This document shows positions 1 through 12,380 of a stretch of DNA of 64,000 nt, piece after piece. Under the pieces are notes generated by a model that ran no database searches, had not been told where the DNA came from, and saw nothing but the letters and a program-made list of their open reading frames with translations. The translations under genes and the position numbers were made by a program. Each line of letters starts with the position of its first letter. Position 1 is the stretch's first letter. This stretch comes from Botryllus schlosseri (lineage: Eukaryota), in assembly GCA_051294905.1 (NCBI GenBank), contig CM119372.1:38752001-38816000 (forward strand), given 5' to 3'.

Positions 1-907
1 TTTGACGTGCCGCAATTATAGGTAAAATTTTAGAATCTTACAAAGATTGATCTGATATCAGAGCATCGGAGCAGTACAGCCTAATCCTGGTATCGGATAT
101 ACTCCTGATAACTATAGGCTATTGATCATGTCATTACCAAAGTCAAATTAAATCAGCGTTAGATATACCTTCAAATATTTGAACAGATCAATAACAACTT
201 GAATATATTGATTACATTGCCATAGCAATAGAATTGTCCAATCACCGAAGAATCCATTTGTCTTACAGCTGTGAAGCGTAGGCTACGACTGCTTTGTACT
301 CGCCACATTTAATTTGCGATATTAACATGGATAAAGATACGAAAGGTGACACAGGATGTAACCAACTATGCATCAGCAGTTCAACATCATGCCAATGGCT
401 GCCATATCGACCTGCTTAGACATAAATAAGCTACGAAACGCAAGTTACCACCTTTTGATATTTTACTATTTTCCATACCAGCTTGATAGTTTGTTGCGTC
501 TGTGGTTGTAGCAAGTCACGGCGTTCCGCGTCACAAAAGTCCTTCTCTGATAGTATCTTTAGACGCGACTCAACTCGAGTCATCTATGTTTCATCAGCCA
601 TTGAGTCCGAGTTCGAGTACTTCTACAAAAGGTCGTGCCCAAGTCTCAATCACAATTTTCGGTATGAATTATCAACGGGTCATGTTTAATCATCATAAAC
701 AAGTAATGTCACGTAATAGGTAATCTGCCACTGCGTCGCAACTTTTGAAAGTGATAATGTATTAGTGAAGTTTGATGAGTGTTTTCCGGCTTCTGGGGTG
801 GTTCCAGAGCGAATTTTAAGTTCTCAAATGAAAAAAATAGTAGTTAGATATTGTCGAATACTTCGAAATCCAAAATGTCATCGCGGGCCGCGTGTTTGAG
901 ACCTCTG
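1..907. mobile_element. Right part of a non-autonomous hAT (Charlie/Buster-like) element, same family as 7008-8365
   Basis: Colinear similarity to 7226-8365; ends in TIR cgcgggccgcgtgtttgagacctctg. Confidence 0.8.
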
Positions 908-1224
908 ATCTAAATAGATCGCTTCGGTATTTCACTGTCGTTTAAATTTGAGGTCGTTTCTGATTTGACGTACTTTTAGGCTAGCCCGTCAAAAGTTATA
1001 TTTTCACAGGGTCAACTTTTTCATGATATTAATTTTGTTGATGTCGCCAACACTGAGTTTTGCTACGATACCTTGGATACCTTGGATTTCAAGAACTTGT
1101 CAATAAATGAAACCATTTAGTGCAACTTTTGTGAAAAAGAAGTGCAACGTTCCACGGATTTGACTGCAACAAAAACTTGCCCTAATCTTTGCACAAACTC
1201 GTTTCTATTATTGGGACACCATAG

Positions 1225-3233
1225 GCACTGGCAAGACCGCTAAATACTTCAAGGACTCCGGATACGTCGGTCAGACGGATGGAATCGATGTGAATGCCGA
1301 AATGCTTGACATAGCAATAAGAACAGGACTATACAGGTTATCTGCATTGAAGTTTTTTTCATTCGTCTTTATTCCTATACGTTCATTCTTTTCAGAAAAA
1401 CGTATTCCCAGGAAATAGTGGATCACAGTCCGCTACCCGTACCGGATAATACGTATGACGTTGCCGCTGTAGTCGGAGCGTTTCTGGAAAATCATTTACG
1501 TACAGGATGTATCCCGGTGAGCGATAATTTACTAATTATGCTGAGCTGATCATGGATGTGTAGATGGAAGATATTTGTGATCTCCTATATCGGTGGTTCA
1601 CAACAGGTTCTTAAGGTGAACAAATAATCCAGTTCAGTAAAATATTGCGACCCTAACCCTCGTAATAGGCTACTTTACTAAACAAATTGTTACTATAATT
1701 TGACACAAAAATCACTTTGGGCAATAAGCAACGTTTCTCCCCAAGTACATTTATTGTTATTTTGTCGCTCCGGATACAATATGCCTGAGAACAATCGACC
1801 CCTAAAAATAATCAGGTCACGCATGCGTTACGAACCACTGTACTATATCATCTGAACCAATGATTTTCAATAGGCATGCTATAAGTGATCTCCAGGTGTT
1901 CTGAGACAAATTTATAAACTAGCGATGGACTTCGACTCGTGTCTGCGGGAGTCGGGACGACATAGATTATTGGTAAATGGGCGTGAGCCGTTTTCGATTA
2001 AAAAATAACTATCCTGTCTATACCCGAGCTGACATTTTCCGTCATACTTCATATATTGCGATGCATGACATGCAGTGAATAATGGGAATGTTATCGCGTG
2101 TCACTACCGCCGTCAAGGACGATGCGATGCAGCGTTTAATAGTTTAAAGACAAATCCTGACTTCGCAACATCATTTCAATATCCAATTAAACATAATTCA
2201 CATGCAGAATACAAAATCATGCCTTCCCACCTCTTCGATTGCATGTCCGAATTCCTGAACTTCATTTTACGAACCATCTTAAATCTAATATTCAAATCAT
2301 ACATTTTATTTCTGATTCTAATCGGCTATCGAATTTTTTGTATATTTATTACGATATTTTTATAAATCCCGGTGTAACTTCCGATCCTGAGTTTGTCTTA
2401 AACATTCAAAGTTTGAGATTGATCAATTGCACTGCTTTCGCGACATGATTTGAATTGCCATGTGCATATGCATGCTGAGTTCATGCTCGTTTCATGATAT
2501 CTACGATTACGATTTGAAAGTTCAATCAATCAAGAACTTAGCATCGGTTTCAAGAAGAAATGGTGAATGGCAAATTGGGTCATATTTATCAACCCCCAAG
2601 AAGTCGTGGCTATCAGACTGAATTATACAGATTTGTAAACATAAAAGCTAATCAAGAGCACATCCCATCAATACGCCAACATTTTATTGTTTGAGATGGC
2701 TAAAAGATTACATCTTGGGAATAGGTCTAGCCCTTCTACAGTGAGTATAACATGACGCAAGCTGTATATCTCGTGTGTTATCTTGGGTACTTTTGGAGGT
2801 ACGGCACTTCTATATGCAATTGAATAATATGTCCGTGCATAATATTACATTCACATATAAACTCATATTCATGGTATGTTCTTTCCAATTGCACAGTAGT
2901 TGCTCACGATTAACCCGGACGAGTGTCATCCGAAAATTTCGCGTTTATTTCAATACCAATATACTATTCAATGCGGTTATATTATTCAGTTTACGATGTT
3001 ATTTGCAGTATATCGTGAGAGCCTTGAAACCCGGGGGGCTGATGATCTTCAATTGTCGCATAACTGAGCATAACAAGGAATATCTGGGTAAATTGATGGG
3101 GATTATCGATTCATTGATTGACGACAGCAAAATGGAATTGGTCAAAAAGAAAGAGATTTGTTTCTCCCGCAGCAACTCCAAAGAAGACGGAAAACCCATA
3201 AAGGGATGGGCGTTTGTTTACAGAAAACTGTAA
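1225..3233 (+). CDS. METTL27: METTL27/WBSCR27-like SAM-dependent methyltransferase, last three coding exons (1225-1336, 1396-1516, 3009-3233); 5' exons probably upstream of the window
   Basis: GT-AG introns join in frame: GTGKTAKYFKDSGYVGQTDGIDVNAEMLDIAIRTGLYR|KTYSQEIVDHSPLPVPDNTYDVAAVVGAFLENHLRTGCIP|YIVRALKPGGLMIFNCR...GWAFVYRKL*. Class I MTase motifs are present, and exon sizes 112/121/225 match the paralogue at 34762-40210. Confidence 0.85.
1591..1840. mobile_element. Intronic hAT-type MITE
   Basis: TIR cggtggttc...gaaccactg; TSD tcctatat/tactatat. Confidence 0.7.
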
Positions 3234-3807
3234 TTTGTGAAATACGGTTCGGGAATAACAAATGAAAAATATGTCAATTTAAGTGAGACTGCAACCTTGT
3301 GCTTTTGGTTACTGATGTTTGAAAGTACCGTGGTAGAGGCGAGTCAAACAGAATGACACATTACCACCCGTCGTATACGAACTTGGACAAATGCATAGTC
3401 GTAACTACTAATAATAGTGAACATGGCAGACTCCATGATTGCATTGAGTTACTTTTGTGAGGGTGACTTTCTGAGCTTCAGAACTTCGAAGGTAATGTCG
3501 TATAAATGAACTGTCAAACTCAGACACATTCGTTCTTTCCCGCTATCACCGATTAACGCAAGAATATTCACATTTACGTTTTATTGCCAATCCACGCAAA
3601 AGGAGCACGCGGTGTGGTCGTGAAAATACGGCAGTCTGTTTCGCAACAAGAGAGGATGCGATATGAATCATGAATACATGATCTTCAATAAAATTTCTTC
3701 AAACAGATAAACCGTTTCAAAAATTAACAGCCGATCATTATCCGCAAATCAATTTCGCATATCTTTTTTGACTGCGATCCAGTGCCACACTCTCCGCCCG
3801 ACTCAGA

Positions 3808-5031
3808 TTACTTCTCACAAATATAGGTGAAGGTCAATTCGTTGCATTTGGTATCGTTCAGGAGGACTTTACCGCCGCTTGTCGTCCAGATGTGACCGCA
3901 GTATTCGCCCACCAGTTTCCCGTTCGGTTCCCCGACATTCCAAGCGGTGGTGGCGTGATTCCAGGATCCAAAATCGAGCCAATACCAACGGTTGTTCTGG
4001 TATCCAAGACCTATCCATGGCATATGGTGTTCCGTCCAATGACCGTACACGTAACCACCGTCGATGATCTTTCTAAATTCGAAATATTACAGAAAATAGT
4101 CGATATCATCTAAATAGTTCGCAATATTCATCTTCAGTGACATGCTGACAAGCTTGGGCTGATGATGGGTTAATGCGGAGTTGTTAACCCTGGATCCATG
4201 AACCCGTTGGGAATCCGCTGGGGGTACATGGAAGACCAATGTCGAAAATACAACTACATAAATCTACGTTCCTCTAGAACTAGTAATCAGGCCACTACGA
4301 ATACTCAAAGTGATGACCTTTTTGTCACCAGGATACTTTTCAGACATGAAATGTAACGGATTATGGCTGTGATCAAGATGACCTAGTTGCTGTTAGCCAT
4401 AAGCTCAAGGGGTCAACACAGCCATCTAAACAATTGTGGGTCATATCAATCGTAAACTATGTCTATGATATGCTATTGGTATTGCAGATGGATTCAAAGC
4501 CTTTCCGCGTCGCACTTAGAGTCGTCTTGAGGACATTTCCAATTAGCAATGGATAAATTGTATGGCAATTTATGAACACCGAATATTGATACTTGCATCA
4601 CTTACTTCACTGCCTCAGCGTCACGCAAGACTGCCGACGCCAACCTTCCTCCCATCATGCTGCATTTTTGCTGAGCTACGCGGCCGGTAACAGGGGTGCT
4701 GAATACCTGGAACTTGTATTTGCCGGCTTCAATCCAGCCCGAGTCTGAATAAAAACAGGTCGGCATCTCAAAAACAACGAATTACGGCTCATGGCGAAAT
4801 TCCACTTCAAAGGTCGAAATCGCAACCGAGAACAGTGCTAGAAAATCTCTCTACGTCAAGCAGTGGATAAAATCGCTGATTTTTGTGTTCCATACTCCGT
4901 ACACTCACATCCTGTAGTCTACGAAGAGATTATACGGACCGACAAATTTCTCATCAATGATTCGGCCGCTTTAATTCCTGATAGGATCGTACTACTTTGC
5001 AGTTTGAACGGACATTCGAGTTAAGGTGTGT
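3808..5031 (-). CDS. C-type lectin domain gene: CTLD exons 4606-4744 and 3808-4072; upstream phase-1 exon 4909-5031 has two in-frame stops (possible pseudogene)
   Basis: Spliced SGWIEAGKYKFQVFSTPVTGRVAQQKCSMMGGRLASAVLRDAEAVK|KIIDGG...WIGL...WYWLD...WNVGEPN...EYCGHI...LLNDTKCNELTFTYICEK*; WIGL, EPN and conserved Cys; canonical GT-AG. Confidence 0.8.
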
Positions 5032-6462
5032 CTACAGAGAAAGGCGCTGGTATTACAATTAAGCGGTGACGATTTTGTCTGAAGGTTATATGCTGTCGCT
5101 AGTTCTTCTTCAATAAGACACATTGCGATTCCAAATCTCCACTCGTTGCTGACGATTACCACTGACGAGTGTCAGACGAATATATCTGTATATATTTCAG
5201 TATGAATGGATTAGATTCAGTCGTATGTTGATGTTGTGTACCTCTAAGAAGCGCTACATTGTGAATAGTGAAGAATTTGAGCAATTGCTACCGGGGAATC
5301 ACTTACACGATCAATAAAGCGGAATGTTCTATTTTTCATTACAGATATGTTTCTTTTTGTCACGACTGATGAGATCATATGCATCAGTTTTGCCTAATAC
5401 TCCGAATACAGTAATTTCGACCAATGAGATATTGGCGCATTTACAGTTATTCTAAAACTTGTTCGATATTACGAAATTACGGCGTATTGAAATTGGTATA
5501 TTCTGCAACGATTGTGTAACCTGATATTGGGTTATTTTTAGATGGTTGGCTTTCTAGAAAAGTATTAAAAGTATTACTCACTGCCTTCGACGATTGCGAT
5601 GGCCAGCATGAACGCAAGCCCTGTGATTGCGAACGACATTTCGCGTTATCCCACGCAAAAATACTCACTAAATATACAAAGACCAATTCGTTTATCAGCC
5701 ATACATGCAACGTACATCATAATCGCACATGCAACATCGTGAATTGTGGTCACTGCCCGGAGAACATATTAGTTTCTCCGGCATCGTTACATCTCTCGTA
5801 AATATGATCTGCTGCATCGGAACGGATTGCTCTGTTGAAAGATCGCTCTTGCGCAGGGCAAGACTCAGAATTATACAATTCTGGGTACCATTATTGCGAC
5901 AGACATACGTCCGGAATGTTCAGTAGCACAAGCTTGATTTCTGTTGTGCACAGCACGAAGCATGTGAATACCGCTCGCATCTTGTCATCTTATATAGCAT
6001 GGATAATGACATTTCCCTCGTTTTGTCGCGGAAAATTTGTGCGGGTTGCTAATTCACACAGACGAGGAAGTTATAATAATTTAGCCGCCAACTAATCTTA
6101 ACGCTAAATAAAAACATCGATTGAAATATCATCTGAGTATTGACACTCGGGCTTTCACTTGAGTTGAAAATTGGATAGGAAAACGCAAAACGCCCCAATA
6201 TGTGTGCGCCCGCCTTACACGCTATATACAACACTAACAGAGTGAAGATAGTCCTTGCGAATACCTCGGAGATACATACCATATACAATGGCATATAATC
6301 TATCAATCTCATTATAAACTATAATTTAATGTTGGATGTGTCAGGTAGAAGCAGCTCAAGGTCTGGGGCCAAGTTGACACGATTCCTACTGCACTCGACT
6401 TGACTGGCTCGAAGCACTACTGCTAAGTTTGCTCTGCTGTCGCACAGAAAGAGCGTCTTTAT

Positions 6463-6874
6463 TAGGGTTGCATTTAAAACGGAATTCAATTTGAAACAAA
6501 CATGTTTAAAACAAGGCCCTAATTTAAAACATGCTTTCTTTTTAAGCCAAGACGTCACGAATATTCAATTGTGAAGTCATAGTGGATTGACATCGGCAAT
6601 TGAAAATATAGGGTAAATATAGCTCCTTTGACGAAATATCTGTATTATTAATGTTGAACAGACTATTTTGAGGGTTTCAACCATCCCATATCGTTATACG
6701 TCGGCTATATCGGGTGGTAATTGTCCGTAGGCTCATACAAGTTTTTTGGAAAGTATTTACACAATTATGGCATAATTTTGCAACTTAGAAAAGCACATTA
6801 AAAAAAAGCCCCTGTTTAAAACTCTGTTTAAAACAAAGTGTTTTAAATCACCGTTTGTTTTAAATGTAACCCTA
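6463..6874. mobile_element. hAT-type MITE (TAGGGTTGCATTTAAAAC family); other copies 31457-31881 and 33250-33645
   Basis: TIR tagggttgcatttaaaac/gttttaaatgtaacccta; perfect TSD gtctttat. Confidence 0.9.
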
Positions 6875-7007
6875 GTCTTTATACATACTCTGTAAGCCAA
6901 TTACGCAATAGATGCATGCAACATACGGCGTTAACAATGATACCCAGCACCAGAGCGAGTTTATGTCTAATTCAATTAGATTCAACAGAATCGGTATGGA
7001 TATAGAC

Positions 7008-8365
7008 CAGAGGCCTCAAACTCAATTGTGCTCGCGGGCCAATTTATTATAGTTTTTGATGACGCCGCGGGCCGCAGCATCAATAATAGGGATATTCGAT
7101 GTATAATTTCCGAGCATTCGACCTTGCACACATAGGCATTCCACAAACATCATGGAAATGTAATTTACTGTAATACTATTCACGCTTGACACGTGTCGGG
7201 TTATAATATTGCAGCTAGTGGACCTTTGACGTGCCACAATTTCATGTAGAATATTTTAAAATCAACTGAGGATTGATCTGATATCAGAGCATTTGAGAGG
7301 TGTAGCCTAATCCTGGTGTTGATATAGTCGTAATAAGTATAGGTTATTGTTACTGTCATTGCCAAAGTCAGATTAAATCAGCGTTGGATTTTGCCTTCAA
7401 TTATTATTGGAACATATCAATAAAAATTTGAATATAATCAATATTAAGCCATAGTAATGGAATTGCTTCTTAACCTTTTTAACGATCGTACCCCCTTGTA
7501 CTTCCAATAAGTTTTCTCGTAGCCCCTGTCCATTTTCAACAAAATTTCTGATGGTACCTATATTAAAATCAGAAAGCTCGTTCACATAAAATCGCGCGTA
7601 GCGCGAAGACTATTTCCCAGTTGAATACATTGGCCGAGAAAATATTCCACAGCTTCTAGGCCTAATTCCACAATGCATCTCGTACACCCTGATGTGGTGC
7701 TTCGTATACCCCGATGGAGTCTACCGACCTTTGGTAAGAACCCCTGGAATAGAAATGTCCAATTTGCGAAGAAGTCATTGCTGGTGGCACAGCTGTAGAG
7801 TGTAGAGCGTAGGCTACTATACTCGCCACCGATAATAACATGGATAAAGAAAATAAACGACACCTGGCATGTAACCAACTATACGTCACGGGGGTCACAG
7901 AATACCAAAGGTTGCCATACTGACCTGATTAGATAGCTATATAGCCCATGCAACGCAAGCTACGACCTTTTGATACATTACTATTCCCCATCACAGTAGA
8001 TCGTTGCGTCAGTGGGATTACCAAGCCGCCGTTTCGAGTCGCAAGTCCTTCTCTGATTTTAATGTTTGAGCCGACTCAACGTCATTTTTATTTAATCACC
8101 CAGTCAATCCGAAATCGAGTAATTTTACGAGAAGGTCGCAACAAAACAAATCACAATTTTCAGTCACGAATCATCAACGGCTCATGTTTTATCATCATGA
8201 ACTAGAAATGTGACGCAATAGCTGATCTTCTACCGCAGTGGCGTTTGAAAGTGATGTGATGGTTAGTTTGTTGATATTCCGGTGATTTTTATAATAGTTT
8301 TAGCGTGAACTTTGAGTTCTTATATTTAAAAAATCCTCTCGCGGACCGCGAGTTTGAGACCTCTG
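7008..8365. mobile_element. Non-autonomous hAT (Charlie/Buster-like) element with nested MITE at about 7465-7746
   Basis: TIR cagaggcctcaaact/agtttgagacctctg; TSD atatagac/atgtaaac; nested block absent from the copy at 1-907. Confidence 0.8.
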
Positions 8366-8380
8366 ATGTAAACTGTAGAG

Positions 8381-8631
8381 CAGTGGTTCCCAACCTGGGG
8401 GCGCCCGGCGCTCTGCGGGATTTGCCTCCAGACCACGCGTGTTTCTCCATATATATACCGAATTTCATATTTTTTAATTCTCTCATCAACATTCATAACC
8501 TTCCATGCCATCAAACAATCTGTTGAGGTTGCTATCATCCCGGTTGGATTTTGTGATATGACGATAAGGGGGAGCGAAATTTTTCACAATCATAAAGGGG
8601 GGCGTGTTCAAAAAAAGGTTGAGAACCACTG
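8381..8631. mobile_element. hAT-type MITE (related copies 46618-46884, about 58684-58955)
   Basis: TIR cagtggttcccaacc/ggttgagaaccactg; TSD ctgtagag/ctgtaaag. Confidence 0.85.
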
Positions 8632-8813
8632 CTGTAAAGAGTCAATCAATGTTTTGACAACCGCAGCTATGCCGGGCTCTCGTTTTCCGTACTGCCAAGA
8701 GAACATCCTATTTGTGAATAGTTTGCAGTGATCGAAAAATATTAGTTGTATGCTTAAGATTGATAGTTGGTTTCTACTGCAGGGTTGATTAGGGATGGTG
8801 TAAACCTCTAAAA

Positions 8814-10200
8814 CAGTGGTTCTTAACCTTTTTTTCTCCAGCGCCCCCTTTCAAAAATTATCGTGGTCCAGCGCCCCCCATATTGTAAGGAATGTAATAA
8901 AGACAATGAGTAAGAGGGAGGGCCGTAACAGCACTTCGTCAACCCCCCTAAAAACGATTGCCTTGCGAACCCATAGCGTGATAAACCAAACTTCTGAAGG
9001 CTTTGCCCCCAAGAACCCCGCTGCGTGATTTCGATGGTCAGCAAAGTTTGTGTGGCCTGGTCGCCCTACCTACCAAAATTTTCTATAATGCATGAATGAA
9101 TAGGTGGTAATTACATATATAAGTCGCTATAAACTTTTTATCCTCTCAGCCCACGTAATCAGATTTATCAGTAGCGCTGAGTGAGCTGTTGTATGGGAAA
9201 ATAAAGTGCACGTAATTATTAATTAAATATATTTGGGCGTGCCCGTAGGTACAATTAATTCGTTACCAAGGCCGTAACAGCACTTCGTCAGCCCCCCCCA
9301 AAAAACCGTTGGTCTTGGGCCCCCCATCGGGTGATAAACCAGACTTCCGGGGGGCTTCGCCCCAGACCCCCCTTCGGCTATCCGCTATTTGCTGAAACTA
9401 GTCATCTACATTGGGTGTCCATTTACTGAGGCAGCTACTCCCGCCTAGACGCGCGAAGCGCGAAAAATTTCACTAATTAATGATTGAGTTGGTCAATATG
9501 ATCGGGAATTGCATGTATATTGAGATCAATTTTTAACCTCTCTCTGCTCGCGTAAACAGATTTACCGGTAGAGCTGAGTGATGTGTGATTGAAAAGGTAG
9601 GACCCCTCAATAATAATTATACATCTTCGGGCGTATACCCGTTGGCAGGAACGAAACGGCACTTCGTCAGGCCCCCCGAAAAAACTTAGGTCTTGGGATC
9701 CCATAGGGTGATGAACCGACCGCCCCTCCCCCATCACGTCGTTCGTTTTTGCCAGGACTCAGCTGTACTGTTTAGCGAGCCGCAGTACGAAGCGCGAAAA
9801 CTTTCGATAATTCATAATAAAATCGGTCAGTAAGATCGGGAATTGCATATATATTGCTATCAATTTCTTATCCTCTCTGCTCACGTTACCATATTTACCG
9901 GTAGAGCTGAGTGAGGTGCAATGTTCCCTCTAAGCTGCGCACGTGCGCAGTGCTAACACGGTTTCTGAGCACAGAAAATCCACGTTGCGCACAACAAATC
10001 CGAACTTTTTAAGTCGTTACGCACTGTTGTCCAAGGGTCAGCGCAGTGAGTGCGCGCAGACTCATCAAAACTTAGAGCGAACATTGTGAGGTGTCTTGGA
10101 AACTGTAGGGCCTGTAACTGATAATTAAACATATTCGGGCGGGCGAACCCGTTGGCATGACTTCGTTGCATGATGTTATTTCGTGACCTCCTGTCTGCTA
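8814..10200. mobile_element. Composite hAT-type element with three internal units of about 350-390 bp; near-identical copy at 59720-60901
   Basis: Starts cagtggttcttaacc; cagcacttcgtca-type unit marker at about 8930, 9280 and 9660; right end not resolved. Confidence 0.75.
9919..10086. mobile_element. Small MITE (CAATGTTCCCTCTAAG family) nested in the 8814 element
   Basis: TIR caatgttccctctaag/cttagagcgaacattg; flanking duplication tgaggtg; related ends near 49660, 51590 and 60827. Confidence 0.8.
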
Positions 10201-10910
10201 CATCAAAAAATATCGAATCGCCTAACAGAGATATCGCCCAACAGGAATATCTAGTTTTAGATATCCCTGTCGCCCAATCGTACTAAACTAAAAGACGCAC
10301 ACGATTTCAGAGTGGTATTTGTTCACTTGCATATAATTTTTCCCTGCCAGATGGAATTCGTCTTCTGGGGTTCAAATTGCCAAGACAGGAACATTCGGTG
10401 CCAGTCATTTAGGCGCCCATGGACAATTAAACCTATACGTCCTTTGTAGGCTATATATAACGAAGTTTGCGGTGTTAATTTTCTCTGAATACTCATTAGG
10501 GATATGTCCTACCACCACATCATCTACTGCGAAGCCATTTTTCTCCAGCCAACTTTGACTGACCACAGATGTCTCATTGATTTCAACAGCAATTGACGTG
10601 GGCCTAATTTACCTTAATAAATTCATCGACTGCTTTTTTGGTCTTGCTTTACGCCTTAAGTTTACATTGAATACGATTTTTTCCTTGTATATGGGGAGCG
10701 CTTCCTGGCGGTACAAGTGGATATATACGCGATTAATGCATTGATTCAGGAATATTTTATTTTCCCACATTCGGCCCACCGACTTGAGAAATTGCCCACC
10801 CCTTGCCTATATTAATGTACACGGTACCTACCGGTGACTCAGGTCACTGCTGCACTGCTGAAGTACATAGTAACGTTTTAAACGTCGCAAAATATGTCAA
10901 CTTGGGCAAT

Positions 10911-11391
10911 AGGGTCCATCGAACCACTAGGTGTCGCCAGACTTTAGGTGGTAACAGCCTTTGTTACGTATGCGGTTGCCGTATTCAGAAAGCTGTAGGT
11001 TACTTTCTCGATTGTGTAAGGGTATTTTATATGGAAAAAATGGCTACAACATATTCTACGGGGACCGTGAGCTCGCTATAAAATGAACTAAAACTTCGGA
11101 AAGCTTCTACGGAAGGAAATAAGGCCGATTTTATAACTAGGTGAGAATATGAAATTGTCAGCTAAATGTCGGCTACCAGCTCAGCACCAGAAGTTTTCGA
11201 AGTTTTAGTTCATTTTATAGCGAGCTCACGGTCCACGTAGAATATGTTGTAGCCATTATTTCCATATAAAATACCCTTACACAATCGAGAAAGTAACCTA
11301 CAGGTTTCTGATAACGGGCAACCGCGTACGTAACAACGGCAGTTACCATACCACCTAAAGTCTGGCGACACCTAGTGGTTTGATGGACCCT
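10911..11391. mobile_element. Foldback (palindromic) MITE with about 200-bp arms and 2-bp AT TSD, ISL2EU/PHIS-like
   Basis: 10911-11107 is a near-perfect inverted repeat of about 11190-11391; empty site visible in the host paralogue at about 53370-53390 (minus strand). Confidence 0.85.
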
Positions 11392-12380
11392 ATTAAATGA
11401 TATAATATTGCCATAAAATCAATATCTTCCGTCGCTTTGCCAATAAGTTCGACGAGGGCTTGCAAGGGAATATAAGCTTGCGCCTTAACGGTCTAGGCCA
11501 CACCGGACAATATATTCGGCGTCTGAGTATTATTATTGAGCAGAGTGTAAAACGGGTTTATGTAGGCCTATAAATTATATTTGCTACCAATATTACTCCT
11601 TTAACAAGTTAACACGGGTTTGGTTTTAATGATACAATAAACATATCAAATCAAGATTGACCCCATATGCCTGCAAGATTTGTTACATCAGACAAAGATT
11701 TCAATTTCATTGATTGGCTGAATAAGCATCATTCGGTGACTACCTACATGTAGTGTATTTCGTTCTTGATGTTGTGAGATTGCGGGCCAAGCTCACAGCA
11801 GAGAGTCACTAAATATTTACAAACTGCTGGATATTTCGAGCAAACTTTTTTAACAAAGCAAGTAAAATTTTTGAGATTGTCGATGTGCATTTCATTTACA
11901 TGTATCAAAAATGATCATTTTGTCAGCGAGGTGGACAGGACCAAACTTTCTGAAATCAATCTATTATAAGCAGTTTGAAACTTAAAACTGCAACCTATAT
12001 CAGGATGATATTTTCCCGTGCTTTGTCGAACTATGCCTACTCTCATGAGAACACAGCCGCGCATTGTGTATAACTGCCGTAGCTATGTGATCAGGGATCA
12101 GTAATTCGAACTGTTTAACGACTTCAAGGATTTCCGCTCACTTCAATTTGTCTGGGGTTGCGCATTTCTACATGCGGCGTTCTAGGGATTTTTAAAGAAG
12201 ACGAGGTTAATGTTGCTAGCTTCTTGAACTGAGTTAGCATAATGAGAAACTGCTCAGGAATTCCTGTGATGTGTGCTCTCAGTAACGACACTCAATAATG
12301 GCGGATCGGTTCCGCGTCGTTGCTTTAATGTTGGTAGCTTCTTGAACTGAGTTAGCACAATGAGAAACTGCTCAGGAATC

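Noticed and set aside
1010..1120. Possible upstream METTL27 exon (GQLFHDINFVDVAN...)
   Set aside because: No LDVxxG motif or donor; runs into a repeat fragment shared with 48585-48660
5900..6000. TATA-like box and possible first exon of the lectin (minus strand)
   Set aside because: Could not link it in frame to downstream exons; no convincing signal peptide
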